Assembly (NCBI GenBank): GCA_041946735.1
Contig: JBHGAY010000018.1
Span: 53,337 to 117,336 of the forward strand
Direction: 5' to 3'
Source: Candidatus Eiseniibacteriota bacterium
GTDB lineage: Bacteria; Eisenbacteria; RBG-16-71-46; CAIMUX01; VGJL01
Length of the DNA stretch: 64,000 nucleotides
Numbering within the stretch: position 1 is the first letter of the stretch; each line of letters starts with the position of its first letter. Below, piece after piece: positions 20,587-30,188 of this stretch. A model generated the notes under the pieces. It ran no database searches. It saw only the letters and a list, made by a program, of their open reading frames with translations, and was not told where the DNA came from. The position numbers and the translations under genes are program-made.

Positions 20587-21000
20587 TCAGTCCCCGGGAC
20601 CCTCGACCGCGTCGGAGAAGCTCTCGTCCGGATCGGGCGACATCACCGTCTCGTGCCAGTCGATGTAGCGCTCCAGGAAATCGCGATCCGCGGGCCGCAG
20701 GCTCGTGAACGCGGCCGCCATGGACCAGGGCAGCACCCCGTCCGGCCGCTTCTCGCAGCGCACGACGATCCCCTCGCACTCGATGGTGCGCGGCGTCTCT
20801 TCCGCGAAGGCGGGGAAGTCGAACCGGAGCGCGAGGCGCGTCAGCGGCCGGACGGCGCGCCCCATCCAGCAGGAGAACCCTCCCGCGCTGAAGTCGACCG
20901 TCTCGATCCGCGTCGGCGAGACCGGGTCCCCGAACTCGCTCTGCAAGCGGATGGCCGCCCGCTTGTGCCGCCTGCGATCCGTCACTCCATCCCAGGTCAT
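20587..21000 (-). CDS. Stand-alone PilZ domain protein
   Basis: DRRRHKR (RxxxR) and DFSAGG (DxSxxG) motifs, EGIVVR strand; ATGA overlap with rnr. Confidence 0.85.
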   Translation of the reverse strand: MTWDGVTDRRRHKRAAIRLQSEFGDPVSPTRIETVDFSAGGFSCWMGRAVRPLTRLALRFDFPAFAEETPRTIECEGIVVRCEKRPDGVLPWSMAAAFTSLRPADRDFLERYIDWHETVMSPDPDESFSDAVEGPGD

Positions 21001-23330
21001 CGAGCCCTCCCCTTCCTTCGCCCGCTCTTGCCCCCGCGGCCGGGCCGTGGTCGCCTCTGCGGAGCTTGTACCTTATCTCGATCGGCACGTCGAGCCTTCG
21101 TCTTGACCCGGGCGCGCGACGGCGGGCCGGGCGCTTCGTCCCGCCGGCCGCGGCCGCGCGCGCGCCGCGACTTCCCCGCCTCCGCGGCCCCCGCTTTCGA
21201 ATGCGGCCGCTTGCCGCGACCCGCCCGCTCTTCGCCCGCGGTGGGCCCGGCGCCGCGCCCGCGCGCAGCTTCGCGGTCTCCGCGCCCGCGCGCCTTCCTT
21301 CCCCCTTCGCGCCGCACAAGCTCCAGGTCGAGGAAGCGATCGCGAAGATCGACCCGGACGATCTGCGCTTCGACCCGGTCCCCCAGACGCAGCTCCCACT
21401 TGCTCCGCTTCTCGACGAACGCGAAGCGCTCCTCGACGTAATGCGCCGCGGGCGGCAACGTCGCTCGGGCGATGAACCCCTCCACCGGCACGTCTTCGAA
21501 CTCGACGAAGAGTCCGCTCGGCGTCAGTCCGGTGACCCGTCCCGCGTGCACCTCGCCGATCCGGCTCTCCGCCCAGCGCAGGACCTTCAGGCGAACGATC
21601 TCGCGCTCCGCCTTCTCGGCGGTGCGCTCCGTCTTGGAGGAATGGATCGCGTGGACGGTCGCCGCTTCTTGCCAGCGCCGCCCGGTCGCGCCGGCCGGCT
21701 CGTCGGCATCCGCCTCCGGGTGCCGGATCAGCCAGCGCACGACGCGGTGGTTGAAGAGATCCGGATAGCGCCGGATCGGCGAGGTGAAGTGGCAGTAGCG
21801 ATCGATCCCGAGCCCGAAGTGACCGAGATCGACCGCCGAGTAGACCGCCTGCTTCATGCTCCTCAGGAAGAATGCGTGGAGGATCGGGGTCAGTCCTCCG
21901 CGCGGAAGCCCGACGAGGAATCGCCGGAGCGCAGGAAGGGTGGCGACGTCGCTCGCGCGCGTTCCGGGCAGCAGCGTGAGTACGAGCTCGGCGAACCGTT
22001 CGAGCGCGTCGGCGTCCGGCTCTCCGTGCACCCGAAAGAGCAGCGGCAGTCCGCTCTGTGCGAGCTGGCGACCGACCATCCGGTTCGCGAGGATCATGAA
22101 CTCCTCGATCAGCCGGTGGCTCGGGAGCGTCTCGTGGCGCCGGAGCCGGACGGGCATGCCGCTGGCGTCGAGATCGACCTCCGTCTCGGGGATCTCGAGA
22201 TCGAAGCCACCCCGCGCGAACCGCGCCGCCCGCAGCTTGGCGGCCAGCTCGTCCATCAGCCGGACGGTCGAGACCACTTCGGACGGTCCGGCCCCGCTCT
22301 CGATCATCTCCTGCGCCTGCTCGTAGTGCAGGCGCGCGGCGCTGACGATCGATCCTTCATGGAAGGACGCCGCTCGCGGGGCGCCATCGAGCGCGAGGTC
22401 GATCTCGACGGTGAGCACGCGGCGCGGCTCGCCGGGGACGAGGCTCGCGGCGCTCGTCGAAAGCGCTTCGGGCAGCATCGGGATCACGCCGCCCGGGAAG
22501 TAGATGCTGTTGCCGCGCCGCGCCGCCTCGAGGTCGAGCGGCCCCCCTTCGCGGACGAACCAGGTGACGTCGGCGATGTGGACCTGAAGGCGGTAGCCGT
22601 CGGCTTCGCGCTGGATCGAGATCGCGTCGTCGAAGTCCTTCGCGGTCTCCGGATCGATCGTGACGACCAGCTTGTCGGCGTAGGAACGACGGCGGGCGCG
22701 ATCGTCCGGATCGTCCCGCGCGACGGCGGCCACCGCCTCGTCGAGCGCTTCGTCCGGGAAACGGCCGGGAAGCTGGTAGGCGGTGGAGACGACGAGCGCG
22801 TCGAGCGCCGGATCGTTCGGATCGCCGACGACCTCCGTGAGCTTGGCGACCGGCGTCTGGCCGATCTCGCGCCCCTCGAGACGGAAGAGGATCTTCGAAC
22901 CGATCGGCGCCACGCCGGGGCCGGAGCCGGAACCGGGGCCGATCTTCAGGCGCAGGCGCGGGGGAAGGACCGGAATGTCCGGGACGACGAACAGCGTGCG
23001 CGCGAGCTTGATGACGTTGCCGCTGTAGAGCGGATCGGGACGATCGAGGATGCGCTCGACCGCGCCTTCCGGGCGGAAGTCGTACGGCGCGCGGCGGAAG
23101 AGCGACGCCTCCACGCGATCGCCGTGGATCGCCCCGGCGAGGTTCTCGCGCGAGATGAAGATCTCCTCGCCCCCCTCGTCGGGAGCGAGGAACGCGAAGC
23201 CCTGGCGTGTGCCGCGGATCGTCCCTCGAACGAGCAAGCGTCGAGCTCCTCTCGGGCGCAACGGCCATTCGATCCGAAGAGGGCGGGCGGACCGGGCGGA
23301 GCCGGGTCCGTCCCGGAACCGCGCGGCCAC
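20997..23330 (-). CDS. rnr: Ribonuclease R (RNB domain, S1 domain, basic tail)
   Basis: TIDPETAKDFDDAIS, LIEEFMILAN, HFGLG...HFTSPIRRYPDL; start uncertain. Confidence 0.93.
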   Translation of the reverse strand: MAARFRDGPGSARSARPLRIEWPLRPRGARRLLVRGTIRGTRQGFAFLAPDEGGEEIFISRENLAGAIHGDRVEASLFRRAPYDFRPEGAVERILDRPDPLYSGNVIKLARTLFVVPDIPVLPPRLRLKIGPGSGSGPGVAPIGSKILFRLEGREIGQTPVAKLTEVVGDPNDPALDALVVSTAYQLPGRFPDEALDEAVAAVARDDPDDRARRRSYADKLVVTIDPETAKDFDDAISIQREADGYRLQVHIADVTWFVREGGPLDLEAARRGNSIYFPGGVIPMLPEALSTSAASLVPGEPRRVLTVEIDLALDGAPRAASFHEGSIVSAARLHYEQAQEMIESGAGPSEVVSTVRLMDELAAKLRAARFARGGFDLEIPETEVDLDASGMPVRLRRHETLPSHRLIEEFMILANRMVGRQLAQSGLPLLFRVHGEPDADALERFAELVLTLLPGTRASDVATLPALRRFLVGLPRGGLTPILHAFFLRSMKQAVYSAVDLGHFGLGIDRYCHFTSPIRRYPDLFNHRVVRWLIRHPEADADEPAGATGRRWQEAATVHAIHSSKTERTAEKAEREIVRLKVLRWAESRIGEVHAGRVTGLTPSGLFVEFEDVPVEGFIARATLPPAAHYVEERFAFVEKRSKWELRLGDRVEAQIVRVDLRDRFLDLELVRREGGRKARGRGDREAARGRGAGPTAGEERAGRGKRPHSKAGAAEAGKSRRARGRGRRDEAPGPPSRARVKTKARRADRDKVQAPQRRPRPGRGGKSGRRKGRAR

Positions 23331-23350
23331 GGCGAAGGGTACAGCAAGAG

Positions 23351-23391
23351 CGAGGAGCCCGGGGCCTTCACGAAAGACCCCGGACTCCTCG
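23351..23391 (-). terminator. Hairpin after the small basic ORF, possible terminator
   Basis: CGAGGAGcCCGGGG...CCCCGGaCTCCTCG inverted repeat; weak U tail. Confidence 0.45.
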
Positions 23392-23423
23392 AACGAACCG
23401 AGCGCCGGAACGAGATGCGCGAG

Positions 23424-23519
23424 CTAGCGGATCCGCTTCTTGTGGCGGTTCTTGCGCAGCCGCTTCTTCCGCTTGTGCGTCGCGATCTTCTTCCGCTTCC
23501 GCTTCTTCCCACAGCCCAT
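23424..23519 (-). CDS. 31-aa basic peptide, bS22/mS38 (AURKAIP1/COX24)-like small ribosomal protein
   Basis: MGCGKKRKRKKIATHKRKKRLRKNRHKKRIR*; has its own promoter and a downstream hairpin. Confidence 0.85.
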   Translation of the reverse strand: MGCGKKRKRKKIATHKRKKRLRKNRHKKRIR

Positions 23520-23625
23520 CGGTGCCTACCGATCCTTTCCTGACTCCGACCTCGCCGGCAGATCCGGCGCTCCTCCTCTGCCGGCCGTACGAAGCGACCG
23601 AGCCGATCGACCAAAGAGACGGGGC

Positions 23626-23655
23626 AGTCTAGCAACCGCCTCGAAGGGGTGTCAA
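23626..23655 (-). promoter_or_regulatory. Sigma70-type promoter for the bS22-like gene
   Basis: TTGACA-N18-TAGACT with extended -10 TG. Confidence 0.65.
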
Positions 23656-23770
23656 CGCCGCCTTCCGGCTCGGCCGGGCGCCGGTGTGGCGGAACGCCGG
23701 TGATTGCTGGACGGGCCGCCGGTGGACCGGCGGCCCACGGCGCCCGCTCCTTCGTAGACCGGCTCCCGCG

Positions 23771-26700
23771 CTACCGCAGGACTGCGAGCCGCTCCGTCCG
23801 GCTTTCCCGCGTGCCGTCCTGCCCGGCGACCGTGACGCGATAGAAATAGACGCCGTTCGCGATCCGGTCCCCGTCCTCGTCCCGACCGTCCCACGGAATG
23901 CCGAAGGCCCCCGCCTGCTCGATCGAGACGTTGCTCGCCTCGATCGTGCGGATCAGATGCCCGGTGTTCGTGAAGATCCGGATCGTCGCGTCGGCCGGCT
24001 GCGTGATCTCGAGGAAGAACGTCGTGTCCCGGTCCATCGGATTCGGGACGTTGTAGACCCTCCCGAGCGCGAACGCTTCCGCTGTTCCGCCGACGACGGT
24101 GAACTCGACGGAGGAAAGCGAGCGCAGATCGCGGTTGTCGGACGCCTCGATCGTCATCGTGTAGCGACGCCCCGCCTCCAGCTCGGCCGGCAGGCGGAAG
24201 GAGACTTCGCCGCGCTGGTAGTCCTCCGGAAAGACGACCTCGGCGGAGAGGTCCTGGAGATGCACGAGCTTGCTTCCGTCCTCGATCTTCAACAGGACGG
24301 AGCGGGTCGGGATCAGCTGCGTGATGTTGATGCCGCTCGTGTCCTCCAGCATCGCCTCCCAGATCGATCCCGCCTCGATCGCCGCGAGGTCGCCGGGGGG
24401 AACGATCTCGATCCTCGGCCCCTCGCGATCGGCAGCGGCCGGGGGCGCGATCTCGGGCACGGCGAGTCCGCTCGTCCGCCCGCCGATCGCGACCGTCTGG
24501 CCGCCGGAGACGACGGAGGCGTACGCCTGCGCGGAGCCGCGATCGCCGAGCCGCAGCGCGGTCGGAGCGAGGAAGACCGATTCGAACCGTCCCTCCCGCA
24601 CAGGAGCGGTCCCGCGGAAGATCGTCGCGCCGCTCAGGTTGTACTCGAGGAACGCGCTGACCTTCCGGACGATCTCCGAGTCGTAGACGCGGAAGGACGC
24701 CTCCCCGTCGACTCCGCTCTGCAGAGAGCCGCTCGCGTCGACGATCTCCCCCGCGATTCGGACCTTCTGTCCGCGCAGGATCGTGTCGGGCGCGGCGGAG
24801 CCGTCCTCGCGCAGCGCCTCGATCGTGAGCCGGACGCGGTTGCGCGGCTCGGAGAGGCGGACCAGCGGGTCGCCGAGGAGCGGGTAGCGGCGGCTGTTCA
24901 GCTGCTGCGTCGGGTTGACGAGCGTCGACTTCGCGACGAGAGCTGCCTGGCCGAGCGGAAGATCGACCAGGTAGTCGCGTCCGGGCCAGATCGCCTCGAA
25001 GAACTCCTTGTTGAGGAGCGCGTTCGAGCCGGAGAAGGCGACGGCCGAGGCGGAGAAGACCGCGATCGCTCCTCCCCCCGGATGCCTCACGAGGGTCTCC
25101 CCGAGACCATCGCCGATGAAGTCGTACTTTCCGACCGAGCAGGACGCGGTCAGGAAGAGGAAGAGACGGTCCGCGTTGCTCATTCCGGCCACGCCGGGCG
25201 TCTCGAGGACGCGCTCGTCGGCGAGCTGCCCCTCGCTTCCATGGCCGGTGTAGTTCACGACCAGCGTTCCCGCGTCGATGCTCGCGCGCAGCGCGGCGGC
25301 CGCTGCGGGCTTCCGGTCGTAGAGACACTCCTTGCCGTACTCGTAGAGGAAGACGCGATCGCGCTCGATCTCCTCCGGAAGGATCTGGTCCGCGAGATCC
25401 TCGGTCTGCGACATGTGGAGCGTGCTGAGACCGTCGGGGCGGATTCCCTGGCAGACGTCGTCCGCCACGAGCGTGAAGCGCTGGCGCCATCCGCCCGGCG
25501 CCTGCGCCGTCTCGTAATCGATCGCCTTCTGCACCATCGCCTCGGCCGAGGCCGGACTGTCTGCCGGGAGCCGTCCGATGGCGAGATCGAGCACCGCATC
25601 GTCCTGCGTATCGAAGTCGAGCAGGCCGAACCAGTCGTCCGAGGCGAACTGCGGGCTGTAGGCGGAGCGGCGCAGGGTCGGATCGTAGTACCCCTCGTAG
25701 GTCGGGATGAAGAGCAGGCCGCGCGCGAGGCGATCGCGAAAGTCGAAACTCGCGTCGCCGAAAAGCAGCACGGAGGACGGCGATCGGCCTGGATCGCCTC
25801 CGTTCCAGCGATCGCGCGCGAAGTCGAGAAAGTTGCGAATCGCAGCCGGATCGACGCGGCCGGCCGAGAACTCGTCGTAGACGTCCTGCACGTCGACCAC
25901 CTCGATCCGCAACGGGTCCCCCGCCTGCTCCGCCTGCTCCTTGCGGAAGTCGGCGAGGCGGCGGGCCGCGTCGAGGAACGCTCCGTGCGCGATCACCAGC
26001 GCGTCCACCGGCTCTTCGCGCTCCCGCAGGTAGCCCCCTTCGGGAGGAAGATCGACGTGGATCGCCGGCGTGCGGGCGCGCGCCGAGCCGACGACGAGCA
26101 TCCGACGCTCCCGGTTCGCCTCGGGGTGGACGGTGAACGAGACCGCCCCCGCGGCGATCGACGGCGTGATCCTCTCCGGCCGCAGAGGATCGGTCGCGTC
26201 GAGGACGATCGTGGCGGAAGGATCGGACAGGCCGCTGACGCGGAAGCCGCGCGCCGCCGAGCCGGGTTCGACGAGGAAGGCGAGTGAATCGCGCTCCGCC
26301 TCGAGCCTCCGCCGGTAGTCGAGTTCGAACCATGCGAGGTAGGAGCGATCGAGCTTGCCCCGATAGGGAGCCAGCAGGCGGAGATCGAGATCCTCCTGCG
26401 CCAGCGCGACACCGGGAATCTCGAGGTCGAAGTGGCTCACGTCCCCCCAGCTTCCCGCCGCGAGCGAGTCGTCGCCGAGATAGACGACGATCTGATGATT
26501 GCGCTCGGTGAAGCTCGGGGTCGCTCCCCAGAAGCGCAGGAGCATCCGCGCGGGCGAACCGGCGAGCGGGCGAGGCACGTGGAACGGCACCGTCGTCTTC
26601 AGATCGCTCGCGCTGGCGATCAGCTCCTTCCAGAACCAGCGCTCCCATTGCGGGAACGTGTCGGGGAACGGCCACCGGCCGGCCTGGTACTCCGAGGGGC

Positions 26701-27853
26701 GGTAATCGTGGGCGAGGTCCTTCTCGAAGTGCAACCGCGCGAGCGCCGCCTCTTCCACCGTCCCGGGGAGGCTCGTTCCGTCGAGGACGGTCCAGCGCAT
26801 CGGCTCCCCTTCGAAGCCGCCCCAGCTCAGCCAATACGCGTTGACGTTCGAGTACAGGTCGGTGTGGTAGCGCTCGTGCTTGCGGTCGGGCAGGCCGTAG
26901 TCGGCGAACCATCCATCCGGCCCGAGGCCATAGAAGAGGATGCGGTCCTGCGGATCGAAGCTCCCGTCCTCGCCCCCCTCGATCTCGATTGCCGTCTCGT
27001 GCAGCCACGGAGGCAGGTCGTTGTACGGCGCCGTCTCGGGAAGCTCGACCCCGGTGCCGGTAAAAAGCCGAAGCTGCTCGGGAACGATCGACCCGAGGTC
27101 GACTCCGGCGGCCTGGAGATCGGTGCCGCTCACCGCCTGCAGTCCCGTGCGATCGACGGAGAGGACGATCCACGGTCCGCTCGCCGTCGAGTAATAGTCG
27201 GCGCCGTTCCGCCCGCCCGCGCGCGCCGCGCGCGGAATCGACGGGCCGCGCCATCCCCGCGCCTGCTCGTAGTTGGCGACCGTCGCGCGGTAGACCGGCT
27301 CGAAGCGGTCGGAGACCGGCGGCGGGGCCCCTCGGTCCCCCGGATCGTCGAAGCGCACGGTGACGGAGATCTCGCGCTCGAGCGCGGCGCCGCCGCCGCT
27401 CGCGCGCCGGACGACCGGATGCCACACGATCGGCACGACGCGCTGGCCGCGCATCCAACTCGGCGCGCCCCACTCGATCGACCGCTCCGGCAGGCGCGAC
27501 GCCGGAATCGGCTGTCCGTTCGCGTCGACGGCCGGGAGATCGACGCGGTCGCGCGTCTCGAACGTCACGGTCGCGCCACCCGACGGCGGAATCCCGACGA
27601 AGAAGGTGCGGGCCGGGATCGTGATCTCCCCCGACGGATCGGGCTCCTCCAGGAAGCCGTCCAGAACCAGACGGAGCTGTCCTTCCTCCGCCGGGACGAT
27701 GACCGGGCCGGCCGCGCCGGTGCGCAGGAGCAGACGCGCGAACCCGGGTCCGGTTTCCACGTCCGCGATCCCCTCGGGGAACGCGGCGGCGAGGGCGGGG
27801 ACGAGGCAGAGGATCGTCAGGACGAGAACGGCGGCGAGCGGATGGCGGAGCAG
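23771..27853 (-). CDS. porU: PorU-like C25 (gingipain-family) sortase with FlgD-like C-terminal domain
   Basis: VQDVYDEFSAG..DPAAIRNFL, VLLFGDASFD, ASDDWFG, AIGRLP, NYTGHGS (His), TASCSVG (Cys), YPLLGDP; CTD YNVPNP...WDGRDEDG...GVYFY; start codon unresolved (CTG 27853 used). Confidence 0.85.
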   Translation of the reverse strand: MLRHPLAAVLVLTILCLVPALAAAFPEGIADVETGPGFARLLLRTGAAGPVIVPAEEGQLRLVLDGFLEEPDPSGEITIPARTFFVGIPPSGGATVTFETRDRVDLPAVDANGQPIPASRLPERSIEWGAPSWMRGQRVVPIVWHPVVRRASGGGAALEREISVTVRFDDPGDRGAPPPVSDRFEPVYRATVANYEQARGWRGPSIPRAARAGGRNGADYYSTASGPWIVLSVDRTGLQAVSGTDLQAAGVDLGSIVPEQLRLFTGTGVELPETAPYNDLPPWLHETAIEIEGGEDGSFDPQDRILFYGLGPDGWFADYGLPDRKHERYHTDLYSNVNAYWLSWGGFEGEPMRWTVLDGTSLPGTVEEAALARLHFEKDLAHDYRPSEYQAGRWPFPDTFPQWERWFWKELIASASDLKTTVPFHVPRPLAGSPARMLLRFWGATPSFTERNHQIVVYLGDDSLAAGSWGDVSHFDLEIPGVALAQEDLDLRLLAPYRGKLDRSYLAWFELDYRRRLEAERDSLAFLVEPGSAARGFRVSGLSDPSATIVLDATDPLRPERITPSIAAGAVSFTVHPEANRERRMLVVGSARARTPAIHVDLPPEGGYLREREEPVDALVIAHGAFLDAARRLADFRKEQAEQAGDPLRIEVVDVQDVYDEFSAGRVDPAAIRNFLDFARDRWNGGDPGRSPSSVLLFGDASFDFRDRLARGLLFIPTYEGYYDPTLRRSAYSPQFASDDWFGLLDFDTQDDAVLDLAIGRLPADSPASAEAMVQKAIDYETAQAPGGWRQRFTLVADDVCQGIRPDGLSTLHMSQTEDLADQILPEEIERDRVFLYEYGKECLYDRKPAAAAALRASIDAGTLVVNYTGHGSEGQLADERVLETPGVAGMSNADRLFLFLTASCSVGKYDFIGDGLGETLVRHPGGGAIAVFSASAVAFSGSNALLNKEFFEAIWPGRDYLVDLPLGQAALVAKSTLVNPTQQLNSRRYPLLGDPLVRLSEPRNRVRLTIEALREDGSAAPDTILRGQKVRIAGEIVDASGSLQSGVDGEASFRVYDSEIVRKVSAFLEYNLSGATIFRGTAPVREGRFESVFLAPTALRLGDRGSAQAYASVVSGGQTVAIGGRTSGLAVPEIAPPAAADREGPRIEIVPPGDLAAIEAGSIWEAMLEDTSGINITQLIPTRSVLLKIEDGSKLVHLQDLSAEVVFPEDYQRGEVSFRLPAELEAGRRYTMTIEASDNRDLRSLSSVEFTVVGGTAEAFALGRVYNVPNPMDRDTTFFLEITQPADATIRIFTNTGHLIRTIEASNVSIEQAGAFGIPWDGRDEDGDRIANGVYFYRVTVAGQDGTRESRTERLAVLR

Positions 27854-27854
27854 A

Positions 27855-28058
27855 TCATCCCTCCTTTCGAGGGGCTCGAGGGCCGGAGTCCGCGTCGAGC
27901 GGCTCGGCCTCCTCCACGAGCATGATCGGAATGTCGTCCTGGATCGGGTAGCGGAGCCGGCACGCATGGCAGATGAGCTTCTGGTTCTGCGGGTCATACT
28001 CCAGATCCCCTTTGCACTGGGGACAGACGAGGATGTCGAGGAGTTCCTTGGCGAGCAT
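27855..28058 (-). CDS. Trm112/YcaR family protein
   Basis: [14 protein letters not shown]...[30 protein letters not shown]. Confidence 0.93.
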   Translation of the reverse strand: MLAKELLDILVCPQCKGDLEYDPQNQKLICHACRLRYPIQDDIPIMLVEEAEPLDADSGPRAPRKEG

Positions 28059-28107
28059 CCTACCTCCCGGGGCGCGGCGGCTGCAGGACCGCCCCTTGCC
28101 GCCGTTG

Positions 28108-28136
28108 ACCCTAACAACCCATGCCGGAAGCGTCAA
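28108..28136 (-). promoter_or_regulatory. Possible sigma70 promoter for trm112-porU
   Basis: TTGACG-N17-TAGGGT with extended -10 TG. Confidence 0.5.
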
Positions 28137-29191
28137 CGCGCCCCGGCCTCCACACCGTTCGCCGCCGTTCGTTCCCCTCCGGCTTCGCTCGCCAGGAGGG
28201 CGGCCGGCCCGGCGCGCGGTCCCGCCTCGAGCCAGGCTCGCAGTGGCCCCCGTTCGAAGAGCCGGGGGAAGAGAACGCGCCGGACCAGCAGATCGGCGGC
28301 CAGCACGTAGGCGATCGCAAGCAGAATGTCGATCAGGTAGTGATGGTTCAAGTAGACGGCCGAGAACCAGACCCCGAGCGGGAAGAGCGCCACCGGCAGC
28401 GCGCGCCGGCCGAAGCGGCGCATCGCGTGGAGGAAGATCAGGAGCGGAAAGGCCGAGTGGAGCGAGGGGATCGCGGCGAACTTGTTGGGGTTCAGGTGCC
28501 GGTACATCGACTCGAACAGCGGGATCCCGATCCAGCGGTCGGTCGCCACGAGGTTGCCCGCCCCCGCCCCCTTGAAGTTCGCCTCCGGCTGCACGAACCC
28601 GAAGTCGCGCACGTACCAGGGCGGCGCGGCCGGATAGGCGAAGTAGGTCGCGAAGCTCGCCCAGGTGACGATCGAGAAGGCGAGGATGAAGAGGAAGTAG
28701 GCGCGGCGGTCTCGCAGCGTGTGCCAGAAGATCCACGCGAGGACGAGCGGGGCCGCCATGTGCATCGCGTAGAAACCCGACGCCATCGCGTCGAGGAAGT
28801 GGCGCAGAGCGGTGCCGTCGATCCGCTGGCGCCATTCGAGCATCGCGAAGTTCGGGATCGTGCCGCCGCCGAGCCATCCGAACAGCGCCTGCTCGAGCCG
28901 GAACGGCGCGACGATGTGGATCTTCCCCGCGAGATCGTCGGCGATCCCCCGCATCGAGTCGTAGGCGATCCAGAGGGCGATGAACGGGCTCCAGTCGATC
29001 AGGAAGCGGCGGGCGTTGCCGAGGACGAGCGCGACGATCAGCAGCGAGAGGAAGGCGTGATCCGGCCGCACCTTCATCAGGTTGTCGATCTGCACGAAGT
29101 AGAGGACGACCAGGAGAAGGACGACGAGGCGCCAGAGGTTGCCGCGCTCGGCCGGGCGCCGGCGGCGCCCACCGGCGAACCGTCCGATCAA
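28133..29191 (-). CDS. PAP2 superfamily, AUR1/inositol-phosphorylceramide-synthase-like membrane protein
   Basis: [37 protein letters not shown] overlap with accA stop. Confidence 0.85.
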   Translation of the reverse strand: MIGRFAGGRRRRPAERGNLWRLVVLLLVVLYFVQIDNLMKVRPDHAFLSLLIVALVLGNARRFLIDWSPFIALWIAYDSMRGIADDLAGKIHIVAPFRLEQALFGWLGGGTIPNFAMLEWRQRIDGTALRHFLDAMASGFYAMHMAAPLVLAWIFWHTLRDRRAYFLFILAFSIVTWASFATYFAYPAAPPWYVRDFGFVQPEANFKGAGAGNLVATDRWIGIPLFESMYRHLNPNKFAAIPSLHSAFPLLIFLHAMRRFGRRALPVALFPLGVWFSAVYLNHHYLIDILLAIAYVLAADLLVRRVLFPRLFERGPLRAWLEAGPRAGPAALLASEAGGERTAANGVEAGAR

Positions 29192-30156
29192 CGCGACCCG
29201 TTCTCGGCGAAGACGCCCATCCGCAGATACATCGCGTGGCGCTGCTTGAGCAGATCCTCGGGGGAGAGCGACGTCAGCCGCTCGAGGCTCGCGCGGATCT
29301 CGCCGCGCGCGATCTCCGCCATCGCCTCGACGTCGCGGTGGGCGCCGCCCAGCGGCTCGCGCACCACGCGCGTGATGAGCGAGAGCGAGGAGAGATCCGG
29401 AGCGGTGAGCTTCAGCGCCTCGGCCGCATCCTGGGCTTTCGCCTGGTCCTTCCAGAGAATCGCGGCGCACCCCTCGGGGGAGATGACGGAGTAGATCGCG
29501 TTCTCGAACATCAGGACCTCGTCGCCGACCGCGATCGCGAGCGCGCCGCCCGAGCCTCCCTCGCCGATGATGAGCACGAGGATCGGCACGCGGATCGCGG
29601 CCATCTCGAGGATGTTCCGCGCAATCGCCTCCGCCTGCCCGCGTTCCTCGGCCCCGATCCCCGGAAAGGCTCCGGGCGTGTCGATGAAGCAGATGATCGG
29701 ATTGTGGAACTTCTCGGCGAGGCGCATCAGCCGGAGCGCTTTGCGGTATCCCTCGGGATGCGGCATCCCGAAGTTCCGCATCAGGTTCTCCTTCGTGTTG
29801 CGCCCCTTCTGATGTCCGACGACCACGACCGGGCGGCCCTCGAAGCGGGCGAGGCCCGCGACGATCGCGCGGTCCTCTCCGAAACGGCGGTCGCCGTGCA
29901 GCTCGGTCCAGTCGGTGAAGAGCCGCTGCACGTAGTCGAGGGTGTACGGACGGCGCGGATGGCGGGCGATCTGGACACGTTGCCAGGAGGTCAGGTTCGC
30001 GTAGATCTCGCCGCGCAGCCTCTCGGCTCGCGCCTCCAGGCGGTGCAGCTCCTCGCTGAACTCCAGGTTCTCCTTGTCGGCGAACGCCCGCAGATCCTCG
30101 ATCTTCTGCTCGAGTTCGATGATCGGCTTCTCGAACTCCAGCCAGCCCGTCTCCAT
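29188..30156 (-). CDS. accA: Acetyl-CoA carboxylase carboxyltransferase alpha
   Basis: [65 protein letters not shown]. Confidence 0.98.
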   Translation of the reverse strand: METGWLEFEKPIIELEQKIEDLRAFADKENLEFSEELHRLEARAERLRGEIYANLTSWQRVQIARHPRRPYTLDYVQRLFTDWTELHGDRRFGEDRAIVAGLARFEGRPVVVVGHQKGRNTKENLMRNFGMPHPEGYRKALRLMRLAEKFHNPIICFIDTPGAFPGIGAEERGQAEAIARNILEMAAIRVPILVLIIGEGGSGGALAIAVGDEVLMFENAIYSVISPEGCAAILWKDQAKAQDAAEALKLTAPDLSSLSLITRVVREPLGGAHRDVEAMAEIARGEIRASLERLTSLSPEDLLKQRHAMYLRMGVFAENGSR

Positions 30157-30188
30157 TCCCCTCCCCCTCTCCTCGGCCGCCCGCTCCG

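Noticed and set aside
27855..28877. 340-aa ORF ending in the Trm112 domain
   Set aside because: The extension overlaps the PAP2 gene; the true start is 28058 with its own SD and promoter
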